Shown here in pieces: positions 1 through 11,107 of a DNA stretch of 64,000 nt. The notes under the pieces were generated by a model that was not told the origin of the DNA, ran no database searches, and saw nothing but the letters and a program-made list of their open reading frames with translations. Source of the stretch: Scyliorhinus canicula (taxonomy: Eukaryota); contig NC_052149.1 of the NCBI RefSeq assembly GCF_902713615.1, positions 126,483,256 to 126,547,255 on the forward strand, read 5' to 3'. The number at the start of each line of letters is the position of its first letter. Position 1 is the first letter of the stretch. Made by a program: the position numbers and the translations under genes.

Positions 1-300
1 AGGTTGCCGCTGAGTTTTTGCCGCGTGGGGGTTGAGTTGCAGACACTCCGGCTTGATTCGGAGCTCCATTCTTTAAAATCTAGTCCAATAAATTGATGCT
101 CCATCAATGACTCCAGAAGCGAGATTGGATGACAATTGAAGGCTTTATTGGACTAGATGTTTCCCCCAGCAGCACAGGTACAGAATGCATCTGCTAGGGT
201 GACACAGGCTCTTATACTCCGCCTTACTGGGCAGAACCAGCAGGCAGGTTCTGTCGTAGTCGGTATTAGGAGTATTACGGTAGGTATTAGGAGTATTACG
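1..300 (-). mobile_element. Gypsy family B, copy 1: partial 5' LTR plus gag start (runs off the window)
   Basis: LTR ends ...GCATCA at 94 (minus); gag start MELRIKPECLQLNPHAA follows; paralogous to the gag N-termini of elements A and C. Confidence 0.8.
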
Positions 301-339
301 GTCCGCAAAAAAAAAAAGGTTAATGGGGGGGGGGGGAGG

Positions 340-461
340 TTGTTGTTGGGTTACTGGTATAGGGTGGATACGTTGACTTGAGTAGGGTGATCATTGCTCG
401 GCACAACATCGAGGGCCGAAGGGCCTGTTCTGTGCTGTACTGTTCTATGTTCTATGTTCTA
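340..461 (+). mobile_element. SINE/CR1 3' tail fragment
   Basis: gggccgaagggcctgttctgtgctgtactgttctatgttctatgttct is the CR1/SINE-type 3' end seen many times in this window. Confidence 0.75.
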
Positions 462-830
462 ACCTCGATGAGGGTGTAGATCTCTGGGCTCACCCTCGAG
501 TGAAGAACTTGCATCTTCTGGTACTCCGTGGGTGTAGTTGTGGCCGTCCTGCGGTACCCGTTGAAGCACGCCAGCCAGTGTTTGAAGGTTGCTGCTGAGT
601 TTGCCGCGTGGGGGTTGAGTTGCAGACACTCCGGCTTGATTCGGAGCTCCATTCTTTAAAATCTTGTCCAATAAATTGATGCTCCATCAATGACTCCAGA
701 AGCGAGATTGGATGACAATTGAAGGCTTTATTGGACTAGATGTTCCCCCCAGCAGGACAGGTACAGAATGCAGCTGCTAGGGTAACACGGGCTCTTATAC
801 TCCGCCTTACTGGGCAGAACCAGCAGGCAG
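461..830 (-). mobile_element. Gypsy family B, copy 2: partial LTR plus truncated gag
   Basis: Near-identical to 1-300; LTR end at 677; ORF 452..652 MELRIKPECL...RVSPEIYTLIE. Confidence 0.8.
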
Positions 831-841
831 ATTTCACCAAT

Positions 842-3800
842 GATATAGCTGCCTCAGGTACCTCCCACACCAATCGTCTTACAGCATTATCCAGGGTACC
901 GTAATACTCCTAATACCGACTGCCACAGAACCTGCCTGCTGGTTCCGCCCAGCAGGTGGAGCATAAGAGTCTGTGTTTCACCCACAGCAGTCATTCTGTA
1001 CCGGAGCTGCTAGGGTAACTACTTGTTCATTAAAGCCTTCAATTGGACTACAATCTCGCTTCAGTAGTGATTGATCGTGCATCAATTTAATGAACAAAAC
1101 TGAAGAATGGCTGCTCTCCGCATCAAGCCAGAGTGTCTACAAATCAACCCCCCCGCAGCAAATGCAGCAGCAACTTTTAAACATTGGCTGGCATGTTTCA
1201 ACGGGTATATCAGGAAGGCCCCGACTATCCCCACAGAGGAACAGAAACGCAACTCCTCCACTCAAGGGTGAGCCCAGAAATCTACACACTTATCGAAGAT
1301 GCTGACGGTTTTGAGGATGCAATTACTTTGTTAAAAGAGCACCACGTCCGCACTGTCCGCACTGTGAATCAGGTATACGCTCGGCATCTTTTAGCTACCA
1401 GACGGCAGATCCCAGGGGAATCACTGGACGATTTTAACCGCGCATTGTTAGTGTTAGGTAGAAACTGTAACTGTCCACAAATCTCAGCCAATGACCACAC
1501 CAAACTCTTAATACGGGATGTGTTTGTTGCGGGCATGCTGTCCTCTAAAATACCCCAGCGACTACTGGAAAATGACATGCGAGGGCTTAAAGAGGCACGG
1601 AAACTTGCCCACTCCCTAGATGTTGCCTCCCGCAACGCCCAGGCCTACGTTCCCAACCGTGCGGTACCCGCATGGACAGGGGGACCCCACCCGCGGCCGA
1701 TTCGAAAGCACCCCTAAATTCCCCACAAGCTTGTGCAGTGCGGCAGCCAGGAAACCCAGGGGGGGGGGGGGGGGGGGGGGCGATGCTATTTTTGCGGAAA
1801 AAACAAACACCCCCGGCAACGCTGCCCGGCCCAATCCACAATCTGCAAGGGCTGCGGGAAGAAGGGGCACCTCGTGGCAATATGCCAGGCCCGGTCGGCC
1901 ATCGGTGTCTCCACAGGCGAACCAGGCCCGCTGCCATTCCTCTCCTCACAGGCCATGTACGATTCATGGGGGCAGCTACCTTGGATGATGTTTCAGGACC
2001 CCGACTCGGCTGCCCATGTATCGCCTGATGAGATCACCCAGCCGGCCATGTGCGATTCATGGTGGCAGCTATCTTGGATGATGTCTCAGGACCCCGACCC
2101 GGGTGGCCGTGTATCGCCCGACGAGATCTCTCCGCTTCTGCCACAACTTGCCTCAGTGACACTGGACCAGTCTCGGCCCAGAACGCTTTCAACTGCTACA
2201 ACGTTGGTACTCATCAACGGGCACAAGACATCCTGCTTGATCGACTCTGGGAGCACGGAGAGCTTCATCCATCCCAATATGGTAAGACACTGCTCCCTCG
2301 CTCTACACCTGATTAAACAAAAGATCTCCCTGGCCTCCGGGTCCCACTCTGTGGAGATCCGGGGGTACTGCATAGCCAACCTCACGGTCCAGGGCGTGGA
2401 ATTCAATAACTTCCGACTCTACGTCCTCCCCCATTTCTGTGCTGCCACACTCCTGGGACTGGACTTCCAGTGTAACCTGCAAAGTTTAACGTTCAAACTC
2501 GGCGGCCCCATACCCCCCTCACTGTCTGTGGCCTCCCGACCCTCAAGGTCGACCTGCCTTCCCTGTTTGCCAACCTTACCCCCGATTGCAAACCCGTCGC
2601 CACCAGGAGCAGAGGGTACAGTGCCCAGGACCGGACCTTCATTAGGTCGGACGTCCAGCGGTTACTGAAGGAAGGTATTATTGAGGCCAGCAACAGCCCC
2701 TGGAGAGCTCAAGTGGTGGTTGTAAAGACCGGGGAGGAACATAGGATGGTCATAGACTACAGTCAGACCATCAACAGGTATACGCAGCTCGACGTGTACC
2801 CTCTCCCCAGCATATCTGAAATGGTCAACCAGATAGCGCAATACAAGGTTTTCTCCACAGTAGACTTTAAATCAACCTACCACCAGCTCCCCATTAGCCC
2901 GGACGACCGCAAGTACACTGCATTCGAAGCAGATGGGCGGCTCTACCACTTTGTAAGGGTTCCCTTTGGTGTCACAAATGGGGTCTCGGTCTTCGAACAG
3001 GTGATGGACCGAATTGTTGACCGGTACGGTCTGCGGGCCGTGTTCCCGTACCTCGTACCAGCAGGACCATGACACCAACCTCAACAAATTCCTCCATACC
3101 GCAAAAATCCTTAACTTAACCTACAACAAGGGCAAATGCGTGTTTAGCACCGACCGTCTAGCCATCCTCGGCTACGTAGTGCATGATGCAGTCAGAGGCC
3201 CAGATCCCGAATGCATGCGCCTCCTCATGGAGTTTCCCCTCCCCCACTGCCCCAAGGCCCTGAAACGTTGCCTGGGCTTCTTTTCTTATTAAGCCCAGTG
3301 GGTCCCCAATTATGCGGACAAGGCCCGTCCACTAATCCAGTCCACGGTTTTTCCCCTATCGGCAGAGGCCCCCCACAGGCTTTCAGTCGCATCAAAGCAG
3401 ATATGCCAGGACGACGATGCACATAATTGATGAGTCCCTTCCCTTCCAGGTCGAGAGCGACGCATCAGACGTATCTCTGGCTGCCACCCTCAACCAAGCG
3501 GGCAGACCCATGGCCTTCTTTTCACGCACCCTCCACGCCTCAGAAATCCGCCATTCCTCCGTCGCAAAGGAGGCCCAAGCCATCGTCGAAGCTGTACGGC
3601 ATTGGAGGCATTACATGGCTGGCAGGAGATTCACTCTCCTCACTGACCAATGGTCGGTAGCCTTCATGTTTGACAATGCACAGCGGGGCAAAATTAAGAA
3701 TGATAAGACCTTACGGTGGAGGATCAAGCTCTCCACCTATAATTACGAGATCTTGTATCGTCCCGGGAAGCTTACCGAGCCTCCTGATGCCCTGTCCCGC

Positions 3801-6007
3801 GGCACTTGTGTCAGTGTGCAAGTAGACTGACTCCGGACCCTCCACGACAACCTCTGCCACCTGGGCCTCACCCGGTTCTTCCACTTTGTCAAAACCCGCA
3901 ATCTGCCCTACTCCATCGAGGAAGTCAGGGCCATAACCGGAAACTGCCAAATCTGCGCGGAGTGTGAGCCGGATTCTACAGGCCAGATAGAGATAGAGAA
4001 ATACAGCACAGAACAGGCCCTTCGGCCCACGATATTGCGCCGAACTTTTGTCCTAGGTTAATCAAAGAATTTTGGACAATTTCTCATGGCCAATCCACCC
4101 AACCTGCACATCTTTGGACAGTGGGAGGAAACCAGAGTACCCGGAAGAAACCCACGCAGTCACGGAGAGGATGTGCAGACTCCACACAGACAGTGACCCA
4201 AGTCGAAATCGAACTTGGGACCCTGGAGCTGTGAAGCAATTGTGCTATCCACAATGCTACCGTGCTGCCCTTAAGAAGTTAACCATTATTCTACCCTAAT
4301 CCATGTACCTATCCAATAGCCGCTTGAAGGTCCCTAACATTTCCGACTCAACTACTTCCACAGGCAGTGCATTCCATGCCCCCACTACTCTCTGGGTAAA
4401 GAACCTACCTCTGACATCCCCTCTATATCTTCCACCATTTATCTTAAATTTATGTTCCCTTGTAATGGTTTGTTCCACCCGGCGAAAAAGTCTCTGACTA
4501 TCTACTCTATCTATTCCCCTAATCATCTTATAAACCTCTATCAAGTCGCCCCTCATCCTTCTCCGTTCTAATGAGAAAAGGCCTAGCACCCTCAACCTTT
4601 CCTCGTATGACCTACTCTCCATTCCAGGCAACATCCTGGTAAATCTCCTTTGCACCTTTTCCAAAGCTTCCACATCCTTCCTAAAATGAGATGACCAGAA
4701 CTGCACACAGTACTCCAAATGCACTTGGTGAAGGCTTCCCGCCCCTTTGAACGCCTCAGCGTGGATTTCAAAGGGCCCCTTCCCTCCACCGACCGCAACA
4801 CGTATTTCTTAAATGTGATTGATGAGTGCTCCCGGTTCCCTTTCGCCATCCCCTGTCCCGACATGACGGCTGCCACCATCATTAAAGCCCTCCACAGCAC
4901 CTTTACCCTGTTCGGTTTCCCCACCTACATCCATAGCGATAGGGGCTCCTCCTTCCATGAGTGACGAGCTGCGTCAATTCCTGCTCAGCAAGGGCATTGC
5001 CTCCAGCAGGATGACCAGTTACAACCCCCGGGGAAACGGGCAGGTAGAGAGGGAGAACGGGACAGTCTGGAAGGCCGTCCTGCTGGCCCTACGGTCCAAG
5101 AATCTCCCAGTGTCCCGATGGCAGGAGGTCCTCCCCGATGCACTTCACTCCACCCGATCACTATTGTGCACTACTACCAACGAAACACCTCATGAACGTC
5201 TCCTTGCCTTCCCTAGGAAGTCCTCCTCGGGGATCTCGCTCCCAACATGGCTGGCAGCCCCCGGACCCGTCCTACTCCGCAAACATGTATGGGCCCACAA
5301 GTCGGACCCACTGGTCGAGAGGGTACATCTCCTCCAAGCTAACCCCCAGTCCGCCTATGTGGCGCACCCCGACGGCCGACAAGACACGGTCTCCCTCCGG
5401 GATCTGGACCCCGCTGGATCCCCACCCTCACTCACCCTCCCACCAACCCCAACCATTTTTTCACCGGTGCAGACCACCGCAGCCCCCTTCCCAGGAGGAT
5501 CCGTCCTCCCACTGGCCCCATCCGGATGCGATGAAGCTGAAGACGACACACTCCCAGAGCCACGGATGCCCGAGCCGACGTCAGCATCACCGCCGGGGCT
5601 GCGACGATTGCAGAGGACGACCAGGGCCCTCGACCAGCTGATAGTTTCATTGTAAAATGAACTTGTAAATAATTATCTGTAAATATTTGTATTGCATTTA
5701 AAGGCACCGAAGGGTACCGCTATAACCTCTACCACTGTAAAAGCAAGGCCACCACCCCTGCCGGACACTTTTTTAAACAGGGGGTGAATGTGGTAGGCTA
5801 TATTAGGGGTACCTAGGTGGGATGTACCTTATACTGTAGTATGAGTGGTAGAACCTGCCTGCTGGTTCCGCCCAGCAGGCGGAGCATAAGAGTCTGTGTT
5901 TCACCCACAGCAGTCATTCTGTACCGGAGCTGCTGGGGTAAATACTTGTTCATTAAAGCCTTTAATTGGACTACAATCTCGCTTCAGTAGTGATTGATCG
6001 TGCATCA
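842..6007 (+). mobile_element. Ty3/Gypsy LTR retrotransposon A (Mag-like), near full length, decayed
   Basis: 3' LTR 5789-6007 (TG...CA) preceded by PPT aaacagggggtgaa; 5' LTR matches it over ~927-1084. Gag has two CCHC-type knuckles in frame with protease (LIDSGS); RT (YxDD region deleted near 3050); RNase H (ESDAS); integrase (SVDFKGPLP, ...NGQVER). PR-RT-RH-IN order; several frameshifts and stops. Confidence 0.93.
3993..4720 (-). mobile_element. CR1 LINE 3' end with embedded tRNA-SINE, inserted into the integrase of element A
   Basis: ORF 4296..4724 HLEYCVQFWS...VGAWNALP (CR1 RT C-terminus); SINE body ~4060-4270; CR1 tail; Gypsy sequence resumes colinearly on both sides by comparison with element C. 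Confidence 0.88.
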
Positions 6008-6649
6008 TACCCATGCCAACTTAACTGGTGTCTACCGTTCTGGCCTAATGGGCCCTAACCCTATGTCAAGGTGGTTCCCCAGATGGTACAGCAGGAGTGG
6101 AGGCGGCCTGCTGTGATTCCTGTGTTTGGCCACCCTCGGGTGGCCAGGGTTGGTGCCAGTGGTACAGTGCTGCCCTGTCATGCTGGCTGCCCTGAGAAGG
6201 TTGTGCAGTTTTTTCCGGCACTGTTGGCCGGTCCGGACTGTGTTGCCATGGCACTGACCGCCTCTGCCACTGGCGGCGCTGGCAGCCTCCTTCCCGGGTC
6301 ATGGTACAGGGCCATCCGACTCTCCTCCACGGCATCCAAGAGGGTCTCCAGCTTGGCATTGGTAAACCGCGAGGCTGCTCTTCTTGTTGCCATCTTGTTG
6401 GCCGGGATGGTGTGAGGAGTGAAGTGTGAATATGCGGCTGCAGCTTGTCAGCCTCCTGAGGATCAATCAGGAATCCGGTGAATCCGGCACCATTTCTCAT
6501 TGGAATCGATTGTGTTCCGTGTAGTGCCGGTGCTCACCCCTCAACAGTAGCTGAATCGGTCCAGGTGATGCATCAGATTTTCTGTCATTAAAGTCCACGA
6601 ATTCTGCGTTGGCATCAACATTTAGTCTGAGAAATGGAGAATCCAGCCC
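6008..6649 (-). mobile_element. PIF/Harbinger fragment: Myb/SANT-like gene 5' end plus terminal inverted repeat
   Basis: Frameshifted MATRRAASRFTNAKLETLLDAVEE...VAEAVSAMAT/VRTGQQCRKKLHNLLRAA; TIR GGAGAATCCAGCCC at 6636-6649; 28-bp identity 6093-6120 = 35328-35355. Confidence 0.75.
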
Positions 6650-7010
6650 CAAGTGTTGGCCCTTGTGGGGCAATCTAGAACGAGAGGTCACAGATATAGA
6701 TTGAGAGACGGAAGATTTAGAACTGAGATGAGGAGGCACTACCTCTCGCAGAGTGTGGTGAATTTTTGGAACTTGATCCCCATAGTGCAGTGGAGTGTGA
6801 ATCATTAAATGTTTTCAAGAAGGAGATAGGTATATTTCTGATTTAAAATGGTTCAAAGAGATATGGGGAACAGTTAAGGAGGTGGATTTGAGACCAGGAA
6901 GAGATCAGCCATGATCTGATTGAATGGCGGAGCAGGCTGGAAGGGCTGGATTGCCTACTTCTGCTCCTAATTCCTATGTTCCTGTGTTCCTATGTTCCTG
7001 TGTTCCAATG
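6650..7010 (+). mobile_element. CR1 LINE 3' fragment
   Basis: Typical CR1 ORF2 end and 3' UTR with a (tatgttcc)n tail. Confidence 0.75.
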
Positions 7011-7029
7011 TTCATATGTTCATATGACC

Positions 7030-8410
7030 CGCAACCCCATAGGAGAACCCTATCTTTGATATTTAGTTCTGACATCCAGGTACAAAACGTCTGCAGGTCT
7101 ACTGGTGATTGGCAATGCTGATCACCCCAAAGGACGAGGTGTTGCATCCGGGCAAGGATGGGATCTGTCCGGGTCTAGTCGCGGATGCAGGACTCTGTAA
7201 CTAGCAAGGAGTCTATAGAGTTTAACACAGCCACTATCTCCTCTGCCAGAGGGGGATGCAAGGCCATGACCGGCAGGGGTGGCCGGCTCAACGCATCGGC
7301 ATGCACTATCTGAGTTCCTGGTGTCATGTGAGAGTACCTTTAAGAAATGAGTGTTTATAAATGGTTGTGTATGTAAATATCTGTAGTGAGAGTACCTTTA
7401 AGAAGTGGGTGTTTCCTACTGCAGTGATGTCAGAGAGTGGGTGGAGCTGGGCTGTCTGTCAGTGTTTTACTTTTGTTTCAGGCTGTTTGCTGCAGGGTGT
7501 GTTTTAGTTTTGTTTTCAGTGTTGGAGCTGAAGCCAGACCAAGCAGGTGTACTGCTGTTCTCTCGGCCATAAAAAGACTATCTCTTGATCATTTGGTGAA
7601 TTCAGAATTATAAATGTTTTCAGTAGTGAATATAAACCTAATGTGCTTCTGTTAAAAGGTGTTTTAAGTCTTATAGATGTTAAAAAGGAAAGCTTAAAGG
7701 TTTACTTAGTGTTGTAGTCTTTGGGGGTTGTATTTGAATTAATGGTTGCTAAGATGTTCACTGTATGTTTTAAAAAGGTTAACTTGAGTTCATAGAATAC
7801 ACATTGTTTTGCTTTAAAAAATACTTTTCCATTTCTGCTGCACCACACCTGTAGCTGTACCACAATCTATTAAAAGTTGTGGGTCAGGTGAACTCCGTGA
7901 TACACTTTGGGGTTCTCTAAACCCTGGCCCATAACACTGGCCTATGTCCTACGGAATACTCATAAGCGGCGAATAGAAGAGCCGACTGCTGGATGCGTGC
8001 CGACGCTATGAGCAGAATCACCTTATCCTCACGGAAAAGGCCCAAGAAGGATTTGTGGTCTGTAACAGTAGAAAACAGTGACATGGATGTATTGGTGAAA
8101 ATGCTGAACCGCAAACACCACTGCCAAACCCTTCTTCTCTATCTGTGCATATTTGCGCTCGGTCGTGGTCAGTGCCCTGGATGTGAAGGCGATCAACTGT
8201 TCACTACCACCTGGCATCCGATGGGTCAGGACTGCTCCAATCCCATAGAGCGAAGCATCGCAAGTGACAACAAGGGGTTTACACTGGTCATAGAGGGTCA
8301 ACACGGCCGATGACGGTAGTTTCTGTTTGACCAAACAGAAAGCTGCCTCCTGGTGGGGGTTTGTACACCCTCAGGTGGACGGGTTGGGTTACGGGGGTTG
8401 GTGCCAGCGG
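7030..8410 (-). mobile_element. Old Gypsy pol remnant (RNase H region)
   Basis: ORF 8029..8334 contains KPLVVTCDAS..GIGAVL..IAFTSRALTTTERKYAQIEKKGLAVVFAV; interrupted by the solo LTR at 7322. Confidence 0.65.
7322..7936 (+). mobile_element. Solo LTR (615 bp)
   Basis: TGTCA...TAACA termini; 4-bp TSD CTGG on both sides; same family as 26729-27321. Confidence 0.9.
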
Positions 8411-8502
8411 TCAGTCAGTCGTGGCTCATCTTTAGAACTGAGATGAGGAGGCACTACCTCTCGCAGAGTGTGGTGAATTTTTGGAACTTGATCCCCATAG
8501 TG

Positions 8503-8923
8503 AGTTACTAGGTCCCATACCGCGGGACCTGTAAGGTGAGTCTGTGGGGGGCCGTCCTGGAGGGGGTGCGGGGGGTATCCGAGCCCGGTTGCCTGGTCTG
8601 CGATCGGGGCCTACCGATCGGCGGGCGGGCTGGTTCTGTGGGGGCCTATTTTACTCTGCGCTGGGCTCCGCCATACAGCCCGGGGGCCGGCACAGAGAAG
8701 GGAACCCCCGCGCATACGCGGAATCACGCCGGCTGTTCCGCTCATGCACAAACTCACGCGGAACGTCCCTTGCCGCTGGAGCTGCGGGGACAACTATGGC
8801 GCCAACCTAGCCCCCTAGGAAGGGGAGCATTTCCCAACATTCGGAACGTTGACACCTCAGTGGTTGGCGCCGCTTTTCACGCCGGCGTGGGGGACATAGC
8901 TTCATTACTGTAGGATCCCGCCC
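8503..8923. mobile_element. GC-rich Harbinger-type MITE fragment
   Basis: Ends in GGATCCCGCCC, similar to the TIR family GGGCGGGATTCTCC; resembles 54836-55501. Confidence 0.5.
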
Positions 8924-9088
8924 TAAGGCAGCGTGAGAGTTAATGCGAGCGACTCAGTCACAGCACTCAAATCATTCTTGGCACTGACAGGATGCTGTAG
9001 GGAATTCATTGAAAGACGTGCAGCTACATCCACATCCCTGTGGACACTCCTACAGAAGGGGGTGAAGTGGGGATGGTATGAGGGGGTG

Positions 9089-9386
9089 GGGGCAGCACGG
9101 TGGCACAGTGGTTAGCACTGATGCTTCACAGCGCCAGAGTCCCAGGTATGATTCCCGGCTTGGGTCACTGTCTTTGCAGAGTCTGCATGTTCTCCCCGTG
9201 TCCTCGTGGGTTTCCTCCGGGTGCTCCGGTTTCCTCCCACACATCCTGAAAGATGTGCTGTTAGGTGAATTGGACATTCTGAAATCTCTCTCTGTGTACC
9301 CAAATGTGGCGACTGGGGGATTTTCACAGTAACTTCACTGCAGTGTTAATATAAGCCGACTTGTGACAATAAAGATTATTATTATT
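9089..9386 (+). mobile_element. tRNA-derived SINE
   Basis: gggcagcacggtggcacagtggttagc (A-box-like) ... ggtatgattcccgg (B-box-like), conserved body, (att)n tail. Confidence 0.88.
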
Positions 9387-11107
9387 GAACAATGAAAGTG
9401 AGATTTGCAGACAGCCCCAGCACTCAGGGCAATGGACCAAGTGAAGGATTTGACTGTCGAAGTAGCAGCCACAGAAGCTGCGCTAACTGCAGTTCTTGGC
9501 AGGAGGTTAATGGGCAGCTCAGACTGAACCTCGAGGGTATTAACCCCGATTCAAAACACACCGACAGAATCTCAATCCACTCACTTACACAAGATTTATT
9601 TTACTGTTCACACAGCATTTTAACCAGACGATGGCGATATCAGCCTCACCTCCTATACCTTCCTTTTTCTATTGTCCCTTTACCTCCCTCCTGCCACCCC
9701 CCCACCCCCTGCCCCACACACACAGATCCCCGCCCCACTCCTTGTCCATGTTATCCTATTCTTACTTCAATCCCCTTTGCTTTCCTTCATCTCATGTACC
9801 TGTGAGAATTTGAATTTGTCTCTGTATACAGAGCAGCCAAACTGCGTTTCCCTTTGATTCTCTGTGTGAGCTGCTATCTGCTCACTCTGCTGCCCCCTCC
9901 TCAGGCAGTTAGTGTCCAGCAGCTCCTGTACACTCAATGGTCAGTTCATCGCCTACATACTCGGATATTCTATCCTCCAGTGAGGGTTTCTTACCTTTGA
10001 CCCCGCCCATAATTTGTCCTTAACTTTAAGTCCTGATGTGATTGCCTGGTGTGTAAGAGGTGCCGCTTCTGTTTACTCTTACTGTCAGCTCTTGACTTTA
10101 GGATTTTATTATTTTTTAAAAATCTTTTTATTGGTATTTTCAAGAATTATGAAAAATTCTTTTCATTGCCGTTCATTTTCCTGCTCTGTAGAATACAGAA
10201 ATGTTTGCCCTTTTCTTCCCTTGAATTTTCCGATATCCAGTCTGCGGTCCTTCCCGCCCCTCCCCCAGCCCTGCCCCTCCCTCCCGTACAACCCCCCCTT
10301 GTGCCCTTTTTGGTTGGTCTGGATTGTGTTCCCCTTCTTCTCCCCTCCCCCCCTCTTTCCTTTCTTCCCTCGTCGGCTTCGGCCATGTTTCTCCTGTGGC
10401 TGTGCCTGGGGGTGGGGGGTGGGGTTTGCCTCCTCCCTCCCGCATTGTCTCTTTTGTGCCTCTCTAGCCCTTCCTTCTTTTCTGCAAACACCCCCCCCCC
10501 CCCCCCCCCCCACCGTGATGCGGCTCCTCGTCTTTCTTTTCTTTTTCCCAACTTTCCAGTTTCCCTGTCTATTGGTTGTTGCTGGCCTCGAACAGGTCCT
10601 GGAACAGGCCAACGAACATCCCCCATGCGTTTAGGAAACCTTCCTCTGACCCTCGGATGGCATATTGAGCCATCTCCAGGTGGAGAAATTCCGAGAGGTC
10701 AGCGAGCCAGTCTGCAGCTGTGGGTGGTGCTGCCGATTGCCAGCCGAGCAGGATTCTCCGGCGTGCGATTAGGGAAGCGAAAGCAAGGGCGTCGGCCCCT
10801 TCCCCATGTGTAGCTCTGGCTGCTCCAATACCTCGAAGGTTGCCACATTTGAGCACAGCTTCACCCTCACCCCCAGAACCTTGGGCATTGCCTCGGAGAA
10901 GGCTGTCCAGAACCCAGCAAGCTTGGGGCAAGCCCAGCATGAGAGTGTGGTTGGCCGGACCCCTCTGACACCGTTCACATTTATCCTCCACCTCTGGGAA
11001 GAACCTGCTCATTCGGGTTCTGGTCAGGTGTGCTCTGTGCACCACTTTGAGCTGCATTAGGCTCAGCCTTGCGCAGGAGGAGGTGGAGCTCACCCTGCTC
11101 AGTGCCT

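Noticed and set aside
1951-2136. 93-bp in-frame duplication between Gag knuckles and protease in element A
   Set aside because: Real, but element C has analogous variable repeats at the same place, so it looks like an ordinary hypervariable spacer.
9089-9160. tRNA genes at SINE heads
   Set aside because: Only A/B-box-like remnants followed by SINE bodies; no cloverleaf or anticodon can be supported.
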